Source: SAR86 cluster bacterium (GTDB lineage: Bacteria; Pseudomonadota; Gammaproteobacteria; Magnimaribacterales; AG-339-G14). From it: a DNA stretch of 64,000 nt. Numbering within the stretch: position 1 is the first letter of the stretch; every line of letters starts with the position of its first letter. A model generated the notes under the pieces. The model was not told the origin of the DNA. It saw only the letters and a list, made by a program, of their open reading frames with translations, and made no database searches. Below, in pieces: positions 43,058 to 50,701 of the stretch. The stretch is from assembly GCA_023703675.1 (NCBI GenBank), contig CP097974.1, positions 917,288-981,287 of the forward strand, read 5' to 3'. A program made the translations under genes and the position numbers.

Positions 43058-43583
43058 TCTAATAGGTATCACTCCAGAAGTAATACAGGATAAAGATTTT
43101 GATAAGATCAAAGATTCTTTTGAATCAAAACTAGATCTGTTGATTCTAAGATTTAAAAATAAAAGAGAATTCAAAAAACATTATAGGAATTTCATCGCGA
43201 TAGCCAAGGACATAAGTAAAGAAATAGTTATTAACTCCAGACATTTAGATCAAATATCTAAAAATTTTAATTTGCATCTAAACTCAAAGGATTTAATGAG
43301 ATTTGATAAAAGACCAATACCAACTAGTTTCATGCTTGGAGCATCTTGCCACAACGATCTAGAAATAAAGAAAGCAAAAAAAATTGGCTGTGATTATTTG
43401 CTTATCTCCCCGATAAACAAAGCCCATGGTAAGGAAGGTATAGGTTGGAGTCGTTTTAAATATTTATCTGAATTAAGTGCTTGTCCAAGTTTTGCTTTAG
43501 GAGGAATGAAAAAGGAAAATGTAATCGATGCTATTAAAAACGGTGGGCAAGGAGTTGCTGGAATTTCTTTAGTAAAAGATTAA
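43041..43583 (+). CDS. ThiE/TenI-family (thiamine-phosphate-synthase-like) protein (GTG start)
   Basis: 180 aa. LILRFKNK, GASCHN, DYLLISPI and ALGGM fit a ThiE-like TIM barrel, but the substrate-binding Thr-rich motif is not conserved. The GTG start overlaps the argJ 3' end. Confidence 0.55.
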   Translation: MITEVNLIGITPEVIQDKDFDKIKDSFESKLDLLILRFKNKREFKKHYRNFIAIAKDISKEIVINSRHLDQISKNFNLHLNSKDLMRFDKRPIPTSFMLGASCHNDLEIKKAKKIGCDYLLISPINKAHGKEGIGWSRFKYLSELSACPSFALGGMKKENVIDAIKNGGQGVAGISLVKD

Positions 43584-43738
43584 TCGAGATTAGCTTTAGA
43601 GTCAAAAGTTGTTGAGATAACATTTTTTTCACTTAACCAATTTGATAAATCTAGTGATCTGCATCTTTCTGAACAAAAAGGTTTAAAGTCACTTCGATCA
43701 CTTTTCGAGATTTCTTTTTTACAGTTTAGACATTTCAC
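43580..43738 (-). CDS. yacG: DNA gyrase inhibitor YacG-like zinc-ribbon protein (GTG start, below the ORF-track cutoff)
   Basis: Hand translation: (M)KCLNCKKEISKSDRSDFKPFCSERCRSLDLSNWLSEKNVISTTFDSKANLD* (52 aa). The CxxC...PFCSxRCxxxDLxxW signature matches YacG. Lies immediately downstream of coaE. The GTG overlaps the coaE TGA. Confidence 0.75.
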   Translation of the reverse strand: MKCLNCKKEISKSDRSDFKPFCSERCRSLDLSNWLSEKNVISTTFDSKANLD

Positions 43739-44331
43739 CTATATATTTTTTTTAAAAGATTCTTGTGTACTTTTTTAACATTTGTTTCAAGTTGCTCTAA
43801 AGAATCGTCATTTTTGATGACTATCGTTGCAATTTTTAATTTTTCTTCTCGAGACATTTGAGCTGAAATTATTTTCTTTACAGAATCTTTTGAAACAGAA
43901 TCTCTTTTTGAAGTTCTAGATATTTGCGAATCTAATGAAGAGTCAATCAAAATAGTATCATTACAAAATTCATGTTGATCTGTCTCAAATAATAAAGGCG
44001 AAACTAAAATAACATACTCTGACGATGATTTTTTTAATTTAGATTGAATAATATTTCTTATTTCTGGATGTAATAGTTTCTCTAACCAAACTTTATCTTC
44101 ATAGCTGTCAAAAATTATTTCCCTTAACTTTGCCCTGTTCAAACTTTTATCTTCAAGGAGTATTTTGTTTCCGAATTTCTTTTGAATTTCACTTAGAGAT
44201 TTCGAGCCAGGTAATACCGCTTCCCTGGATGCTAAATCAGCATCAACTACGTCTATTCCTAAATCTTCAAAAATAGATGTAGCAGCTGATTTACCTGAAC
44301 CTATTCCCCCAGTTAACCCAACAACGAACAT
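43735..44331 (-). CDS. coaE: dephospho-CoA kinase
   Basis: 198 aa. MFVVGLTGGIGSGKSAATSIFEDLGIDVVDAD P-loop N-terminus. Confidence 0.93.
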   Translation of the reverse strand: MFVVGLTGGIGSGKSAATSIFEDLGIDVVDADLASREAVLPGSKSLSEIQKKFGNKILLEDKSLNRAKLREIIFDSYEDKVWLEKLLHPEIRNIIQSKLKKSSSEYVILVSPLLFETDQHEFCNDTILIDSSLDSQISRTSKRDSVSKDSVKKIISAQMSREEKLKIATIVIKNDDSLEQLETNVKKVHKNLLKKIYR

Positions 44332-44359
44332 TCCAGAATGATAACAATAATTTCATTAA

Positions 44360-44435
44360 TGGTGGAGCTACGCGGGATCGAACCGCGGACCTCCTGAATG
44401 CAAATCAGGCGCTCTCCCAGCTGAGCTATAGCCCC
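44360..44435 (-). tRNA. tRNA-Ala (anticodon UGC), CCA-3' encoded
   Basis: 76 nt. GGGGCTA/TAGCTCC acceptor stem with the G3:U70 identity pair and anticodon arm CCTGA-TTTGCAT-TCAGG. Confidence 0.94.
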
Positions 44436-44521
44436 AGAGCGAAGAATTATATATTAAAAAAACAAAATTTTTTCTATTTTTATTCCATCCACATGCTTGT
44501 AATTAGCCTAAAATAAAGCCC

Positions 44522-45712
44522 ATGCGAGTCGCAATCATTGGTTCTGGGATAAGCGGTTTATCAAGCGCTTTCTTTCTAGCAAAAAAAAACAAAATAGATA
44601 TTTTTGAAAAAAATAACCGACTCGGCGGCCATACTCATACACATAAAATAAAATTAGATAATGAGGTAAATGTTGATTCAGGTTTTATAGTTTTTAATAA
44701 GAAGAACTATCCGAACTTAACCAAACTTTTTAATGAGCTAGGTCTAGAATTTCATATATGTGATATGTCATTGAGTGTGCACACAAAAGATTTTCAGTGG
44801 AGTTCAAAAAAATTCTCAAAGGCAAAAAATCTCTTATCCTTAAAAAACTTAAAGTTCATATCTGAAATAATAAAGTTTAACTACCTTGCTAAATCTAATT
44901 CATCTTCGGAGCCTATTGAAAAATGGATAAAAGAAAATAATTTTTCAAGAAATTTTTCTGAGTCCTATCTCTATCCAATGATTGCGGCAATATGGTCTGG
45001 ATCTTCTGAGAGGATGAAAGATTATCCTGCGAGTTCTTTGGCAAATTTTCTGAATAATCACGGTTTATTAAATCTTTTTAGAGGTCCTCAATGGTTTTCT
45101 ATTAAAGGAGGAAGCAATCAATACATAGAAAAAATTATTGAGAAAGGAAATTTAAATAATATATTTCTTGATTCTAAGGTAGCAATTAAAAGAGTTAAAA
45201 ATAAAATAATTCTAGAAAACAACGGGGAAAAACGCGAATATGACAAATTAATAATGGCTTGCAATGCTAAAGAAATAATTGGATCTATTCTTGATCTGGG
45301 AAAAAATGAAATTTCTATTTTGAAAAACTTTGCTTTTACAGAAAATAAAGTTTGTTTACATACCGACGAGTCACTTATGCCTTTAAATAAAGAGGAATGG
45401 TGCTCATGGAATGTGAATAAAGACTCAAACTCAGAATTTGTCACTTATTGGATGAATAATCTTCAGGATCTTAAAACGAGCAAAAATATATTTGTTTCAA
45501 TTGGAGATTTCAAGATAAGAGACAATAAAGAACACAGGAGTATGATCTATGAGCATCCATTTTATAATTTAGATACTTTCCTGGGACAAAAAAATGTTGA
45601 CGGCATTCAAGGATTGAATAACACTTTTTATTGCGGGGCTTACCTAGGCTATGGCTTTCATGAAGATGGAATAAATTCCGCCCTTAAAGTCAGTAAATTA
45701 ATTGAGAAATAA
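44522..45712 (+). CDS. NAD(P)/FAD-dependent oxidoreductase (amine-oxidase/desaturase-like) of the CFA-associated cluster
   Basis: 396 aa. MRVAIIGSGISGLSSAFFLAK...EKNNRLGGHT dinucleotide-binding N-terminus. First gene of an overlapping four-gene operon. Confidence 0.8.
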   Translation: MRVAIIGSGISGLSSAFFLAKKNKIDIFEKNNRLGGHTHTHKIKLDNEVNVDSGFIVFNKKNYPNLTKLFNELGLEFHICDMSLSVHTKDFQWSSKKFSKAKNLLSLKNLKFISEIIKFNYLAKSNSSSEPIEKWIKENNFSRNFSESYLYPMIAAIWSGSSERMKDYPASSLANFLNNHGLLNLFRGPQWFSIKGGSNQYIEKIIEKGNLNNIFLDSKVAIKRVKNKIILENNGEKREYDKLIMACNAKEIIGSILDLGKNEISILKNFAFTENKVCLHTDESLMPLNKEEWCSWNVNKDSNSEFVTYWMNNLQDLKTSKNIFVSIGDFKIRDNKEHRSMIYEHPFYNLDTFLGQKNVDGIQGLNNTFYCGAYLGYGFHEDGINSALKVSKLIEK

Positions 45713-46445
45713 AGTGAAAAAATTTTTTTTTGATGGAGACGTATTTCACAGAAGAGTGAAAGGCAAAAATCATAAATTTTTATATCCTTACAAAAGCTTC
45801 TATCTTGAAGGTTTTTATAATTTTGACGAAAAGCGTTCTGTTATTCCAATATCAAATTATTTTAAATTTAATTTTTTTAAAGAAAAAGAATATTTGGAAA
45901 TTATCAATAGGTTTGAAAAATTCGCAATTTCTAATGGCGTTAAGCTTGCTGATTTAAATGTAAGTGTTTTAAAAACACCCGATAATCCCTTTTTTAAATC
46001 TTTCAACCCAGTCTCCTTTTGGATTTTGTTCAAGAAGACAAAAATAATCTTCTTACTTTCTGAAGTGAAAAATACTTTTTTCGAAAAACAACTCTACGAG
46101 ATACATAATAAAGGAGAAGAAATTGACTCCAATTGTTGGTACGAAGAAACCAAGAAAATGTACGTTTCGCCATTTTCTGAGAAAAAAGGTTTCTACAAAT
46201 TCAAAATATCTTCGATTCCATTTTCAATAAAGATTAATCAGTATAATTCGTTAAGTAAATTAGAGGTTTTAACAGAATTAAATGGAAAATTTAAAGAAAA
46301 AAAATTTTTCAATAAAATTTATTATTACTTTTTCATATCTTTCAACAGCGTTTTTGTGATGATCAGAATTCATTGGCAAGCGCTAAGGTTATGGGTTAAA
46401 AAACTCAAAGTTACACCTCATGAGGGCAACGGATATGCTGAATAA
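45702..46445 (+). CDS. DUF1365-family protein
   Basis: 247 aa. The N-terminal FDGDVFHRRVKGKNHKFLYPYKSFYLEGF resembles the DUF1365 signature (G-V-H-R-R...H-F-Y). The start is TTG at 45702 or an in-frame GTG at 45714. Confidence 0.65.
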   Translation: MRNKVKKFFFDGDVFHRRVKGKNHKFLYPYKSFYLEGFYNFDEKRSVIPISNYFKFNFFKEKEYLEIINRFEKFAISNGVKLADLNVSVLKTPDNPFFKSFNPVSFWILFKKTKIIFLLSEVKNTFFEKQLYEIHNKGEEIDSNCWYEETKKMYVSPFSEKKGFYKFKISSIPFSIKINQYNSLSKLEVLTELNGKFKEKKFFNKIYYYFFISFNSVFVMIRIHWQALRLWVKKLKVTPHEGNGYAE

Positions 46446-47610
46446 AGTACTGAATTATTGGATTTCTAAGAATTTAAAAGAAATAGAACAGGGAACTTTT
46501 AAATTGATTCTTCCGAATACAGAAGAAAAAATTCTGTTGCGTGGTAAAACTAATTTAAGTTTAGAGGCGACGCTTGAAATAAAAAGTTGGAAGGCCTTGT
46601 GGCTTATATACTCTCGAGGGAGTTTAGGGTTTACCGAAGGTTACCTTGAAAATTATTGGGATACTGACGACCTGATGAAGCTTATGGATCTTATAAGTAA
46701 GAATTATAATTCATTTGATCGGGTCAATAGCGGAAGCGGTTTCTGGAAATTATTCACAAAATTTTCTCATTTCAGAAATGAAAACTCCTTATCGGGTAGT
46801 AAAAAAAATATTCATGCTCACTATGACTTAGGCAATGATTTTTATAAATCTTGGCTGGATGAAACAATGACCTACTCCTCAGGTTTTTTTGAAGGAAATT
46901 CTGATAATCTAAAAGAAGCCCAAAATAAAAAATATAAACTGATTCTAGATACATTAAACCTTCCAAAAAATTCTTCTATTTTGGAAATTGGTTGTGGTTG
47001 GGGAGGCTTTTTAGAATACGCTTCAAGTGTTGGTTACAAAATAAAAGGAATTACGATTTCGCAAGAACAATTTAAGTTCGCATCCAATAGAATAAAAGGA
47101 CTAACCAACAATCCAGAAATTGAATTAATAGATTATAGAAAGTTAAAAGGAAAGTTTGACGCGGTAGTTTCAATAGAAATGTTTGAGGCCGTTGGATCCA
47201 AATATTGGAAAACTTATTTTGATGTAGTTAAGCAGCTTCTGAAATCAAACGGTCAAGCGTTAATACAAACAATAACCATGAAAGAAGATTTTTATGAAGG
47301 TTATCATGATTGGCCTGACTTCATTCAAACTTATATTTTTCCTGGGGGAGAGCTCTCATCGGATAAAGTTTTCAAGGAGAATGCTGCAAATTCTGAGTTG
47401 ATTGCTTCGGACATAACAAATTTTGCGGCTTCATATGCGAAGACTCTAGAAATTTGGTACAAAAATTTCCAAAAAGAATGGGATGCTATTGGAGAAATTG
47501 GATTTGACGAGAAATTTAAAAGAACATGGGATATGTATCTATCATATTGCAGAGGTGGATTTTTAAATAATCAATTAGAAGTGTCGCAATATAAATTAAC
47601 TCATAAATGA
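46420..47610 (+). CDS. cyclopropane-fatty-acyl-phospholipid-synthase-family (CMAS) SAM-dependent methyltransferase 1
   Basis: 396 aa. HAHYDLGNDFYKSWLDETMTYSSGFF and ILEIGCGWGGFLEYA (SAM motif I). An alternative in-frame ATG lies at 46435. Confidence 0.85.
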   Translation: MRATDMLNKVLNYWISKNLKEIEQGTFKLILPNTEEKILLRGKTNLSLEATLEIKSWKALWLIYSRGSLGFTEGYLENYWDTDDLMKLMDLISKNYNSFDRVNSGSGFWKLFTKFSHFRNENSLSGSKKNIHAHYDLGNDFYKSWLDETMTYSSGFFEGNSDNLKEAQNKKYKLILDTLNLPKNSSILEIGCGWGGFLEYASSVGYKIKGITISQEQFKFASNRIKGLTNNPEIELIDYRKLKGKFDAVVSIEMFEAVGSKYWKTYFDVVKQLLKSNGQALIQTITMKEDFYEGYHDWPDFIQTYIFPGGELSSDKVFKENAANSELIASDITNFAASYAKTLEIWYKNFQKEWDAIGEIGFDEKFKRTWDMYLSYCRGGFLNNQLEVSQYKLTHK

Positions 47611-48623
47611 TAACTTTAGGAATTTGGCTTGCTGAAAGAGGAATGCTTCCTGATTTTATTCTAAGAATTGCTGTTAAGTTACTTAGTAAAGCCAGAGTAA
47701 GAATGCCTAATGTCTTTTCTGAAAAACTAAAAGTTTTAAATACACTTAAAGAAGGCCCAATAGCAGAAAATACATCTTCGGCAAATGAACAACATTATGA
47801 AGTGCCTCCAATTTTCTTTGAAAAAGTCCTAGGTGAGAATTTGAAATATTCTTGCTGCCTTTACGATGAGAACAATAAAGATCTAGATAGTGCAGAAATT
47901 TTTATGCTGGATAAATATCTCGACAGAGCTGATATTAAATCTAATCAAGAAATTTTAGATTTAGGTTGTGGCTGGGGAAGTTTTACCCTGCATGCAGCCA
48001 AGAAATTTCCTCAATCGAACTTTACCTCGGTAAGTAATTCAAAAGATCAAATTGATTTTATTAATGCAAGAGCAACTGCATTAAATTTAACTAACGTCAA
48101 AGCCATTAGACAAAATATTAATGAATTAAATTTAGATAAAAAATTTGACAGAATCGTTTCTATTGAAATGTTTGAGCATATGAGAAATTACAAGAAGTTA
48201 ATGAAGCAAATTTCTGATCTCCTAGTAGAAGATGGAAAATTATTTGTTCATATTTTTTGTCATAAAAATTCTACTTATTTATATGAAGCGAAGAGTGATA
48301 GTGATTGGATGTCAAAATTTTTCTTTACCGGAGGAATAATGCCCTCACAAGATATTTTCAATTATTTTAATGAAGATTTAGTCCTAAAAAATTCCTGGGA
48401 AATAAACGGTAAAAACTATTCAAAAACATCTAAAGATTGGTTAAAGAATATGGATAAAAACAAAAATGAAATAAAAAAAATTCTTAACGATCACTATGAT
48501 GAAAAAAATATATGGTTTTACAGATGGCGTATATTTTTTCTAACTTGTGAAGAGTTTTTTAAGATAAATAAAGGCAAAGAATGGTTTGTGACCCACTACC
48601 TTCTGGCAAAAAAAAATACTTAA
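47607..48623 (+). CDS. CMAS-family SAM-dependent methyltransferase 2
   Basis: 338 aa. NEQHYEVPPIFFEKVLGENLKYSCCLY and ILDLGCGWGSFTLHAA. ATGA overlap with the previous gene. Confidence 0.82.
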   Translation: MITLGIWLAERGMLPDFILRIAVKLLSKARVRMPNVFSEKLKVLNTLKEGPIAENTSSANEQHYEVPPIFFEKVLGENLKYSCCLYDENNKDLDSAEIFMLDKYLDRADIKSNQEILDLGCGWGSFTLHAAKKFPQSNFTSVSNSKDQIDFINARATALNLTNVKAIRQNINELNLDKKFDRIVSIEMFEHMRNYKKLMKQISDLLVEDGKLFVHIFCHKNSTYLYEAKSDSDWMSKFFFTGGIMPSQDIFNYFNEDLVLKNSWEINGKNYSKTSKDWLKNMDKNKNEIKKILNDHYDEKNIWFYRWRIFFLTCEEFFKINKGKEWFVTHYLLAKKNT

Positions 48624-49318
48624 GCTTGTGGGAGATAATTCCCATGCTTATTTAAAGCTTCTAAAATCCTCTCGACGACTAATTTTTGAGAATATTGTTT
48701 TGTTTTTTCATAGTGAGGATGAGGTAATGTAGCTAAATCATTTGCTCTCGCTAAAGCTGTCTCCATTAATTTATCTGCTGGTACTACTTCGTCTAGAAGA
48801 CCTGCAGTAACAGCTTCAGATGGAGTGTAGGTAGCTGAATGATAAAGTGCTTTATAGTAATGTTTTTTATCCAATCTATCTTTAACGATTTCCAGAATTT
48901 GCACTGGGATATCCATGTTATTTCTAACTTCATTGGCTTGCAGCACAAACTTTCCTTCGATACCAACTCTAATATCAGCGCAACATACAGTAAACAATCC
49001 TAAAGCAACAGCATGACCAGATACTGCAGCAACTATTGGACGAGGAAAAGAATACAAATCAAGTAGTGTCTTGAAACCTAAATTTGTCATTTTCACTGCA
49101 GCTTCAGCGTCGCCAGATGCAAGAGTTTTAAGATCAAAGCCGCCAGAAAATAAACCTTCTCTGCCAGTGATTACGACGGCACCGGAATCTTTAGGTATTT
49201 CGCTTAAAAAGCCTTGGACAGTGGTTAGCATGTCGAAAGAAAAGGCGTTGGCCTTTCCATCGTTTAATTGAATAATTGAGATGTCCCCTTCCTTAGATAA
49301 TTTAGCTATATCAGTCAT
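48620..49318 (-). CDS. enoyl-CoA hydratase/isomerase (crotonase) family protein
   Basis: 232 aa. VVITGREGLFSGGFDLK and AAVSGHAVALG oxyanion-hole motifs. Confidence 0.8.
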   Translation of the reverse strand: MTDIAKLSKEGDISIIQLNDGKANAFSFDMLTTVQGFLSEIPKDSGAVVITGREGLFSGGFDLKTLASGDAEAAVKMTNLGFKTLLDLYSFPRPIVAAVSGHAVALGLFTVCCADIRVGIEGKFVLQANEVRNNMDIPVQILEIVKDRLDKKHYYKALYHSATYTPSEAVTAGLLDEVVPADKLMETALARANDLATLPHPHYEKTKQYSQKLVVERILEALNKHGNYLPQA

Positions 49319-49401
49319 TCATTTCTCCATAAAAGTGTTAAGCAAAAAAACTTTAACGTAAAATCATTGCCTAAACAATAAGTTAAACATAGAATTTTCT
49401 C

Positions 49402-50682
49402 ATGGAAAGCATAGCTTTTGACTCATCGATAATCATAAATTTGGCGGTGCCAACATTTTTTTTGCTAATCTTTATTGAGATTCTCTATGGCTATTTCACT
49501 GGCAAAAATAATTACAGATTTAATGACACATTCACCAGTATATCGCTAGGGTTAATAAGTAGATTTATTCCTTTATTAGGCATTGGTCTTCAAGGGGCTG
49601 CGTTCGCTTATGTAGCAGTTTATTTTAACTTAGCATTATTCTCAGCTAGTAATCTTTGGGTGTGGATCTTAGCCTTCTTTTTATACGATTTTAGTTATTA
49701 CTGGATGCACAGACTACATCATGAAGTAAAAATTCTTTGGGCTACGCATGTGGTGCATCATCATGGGGAAGAATTTAATCTTTCGACGGCGCTTAGACAA
49801 ACCAGTACCGGTTTTCTTTGGAAGTGGATTTTCTACTTGCCAATGTTTCTAATTGGTATACCGCCAGAGGTTTTCGTCACAGTAGCGGGAATAAATTTAG
49901 TATATCAATTCTGGGTTCATACCGAACACGTTGGCAAATTAGGTTGGCTAGAGTATGTTTTCATTACCCCGTCGAATCATAGGGTTCACCACGCTCAAAA
50001 TAAAGACTATATCGATGCAAATTATGGCGGTGTGTTCATTCTGTGGGACAGGATGTTTGGTTCTTATAAACCTGAAAAAGACGAAGTGAAACCGATCTAT
50101 GGCACAACTAAACCGCTACGAAGTTGGAATCCTCTCAAAGCAAATTTTGAAGTTTTCACCGAGATTATTAGAGATTTCAGCCGCACAAAAAAATGGTCTG
50201 ATAAATTTAAAGTAATTTTCTCCCCGCCGAAATGGCGCCCCAATGATGTAGAGCAAAATTACCCCATCTTCAGGAATGACTTAGCAAATTTTGAAGTCTA
50301 CGATCCGAAAAACTCAATCTATTTGAAAATTTATGGCTGGATCCAGCTATCTTTCATTATTTTGACATCGGCATTTATTGCCTCGTCCATTGGCAGTCTT
50401 GGTCTACTGGAAAGTTATGCTTACGCTTTAATTCTGATTGCTTCAGTAATTGTGACTTTAAAAGGGTTTGAGAGTTATCAACTAAATTATATTAACGAAA
50501 CTATCAAAATTTCTCTTTTGATCTCTATTTTATTTTTCTCAGGTTTATTCAATTCAAATCTAATGATCTTTCAAGTATTTGTACTTCACCAGTCAATCAG
50601 TCTTTTAAGTTTGTTGGTTTTGTATGCTATGCAGAGTTTTAAGCTTTTTTCATACGAAATCGATTCAGATCCAACAGTCTAG
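49402..50682 (+). CDS. fatty-acid hydroxylase / sterol-desaturase superfamily membrane di-iron enzyme (alkylglycerol-monooxygenase-like) with an extra C-terminal TM region
   Basis: 426 aa. His boxes HRLHHE, THVVHHHGEEFNLSTALRQ and SNHRVHHAQN, plus YGGVFILWDRMFGS. About 140 additional hydrophobic residues at the C-terminus. Confidence 0.78.
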   Translation: MESIAFDSSIIINLAVPTFFLLIFIEILYGYFTGKNNYRFNDTFTSISLGLISRFIPLLGIGLQGAAFAYVAVYFNLALFSASNLWVWILAFFLYDFSYYWMHRLHHEVKILWATHVVHHHGEEFNLSTALRQTSTGFLWKWIFYLPMFLIGIPPEVFVTVAGINLVYQFWVHTEHVGKLGWLEYVFITPSNHRVHHAQNKDYIDANYGGVFILWDRMFGSYKPEKDEVKPIYGTTKPLRSWNPLKANFEVFTEIIRDFSRTKKWSDKFKVIFSPPKWRPNDVEQNYPIFRNDLANFEVYDPKNSIYLKIYGWIQLSFIILTSAFIASSIGSLGLLESYAYALILIASVIVTLKGFESYQLNYINETIKISLLISILFFSGLFNSNLMIFQVFVLHQSISLLSLLVLYAMQSFKLFSYEIDSDPTV

Positions 50683-50701
50683 ATTTTCATTAAATTTATT
50701 T

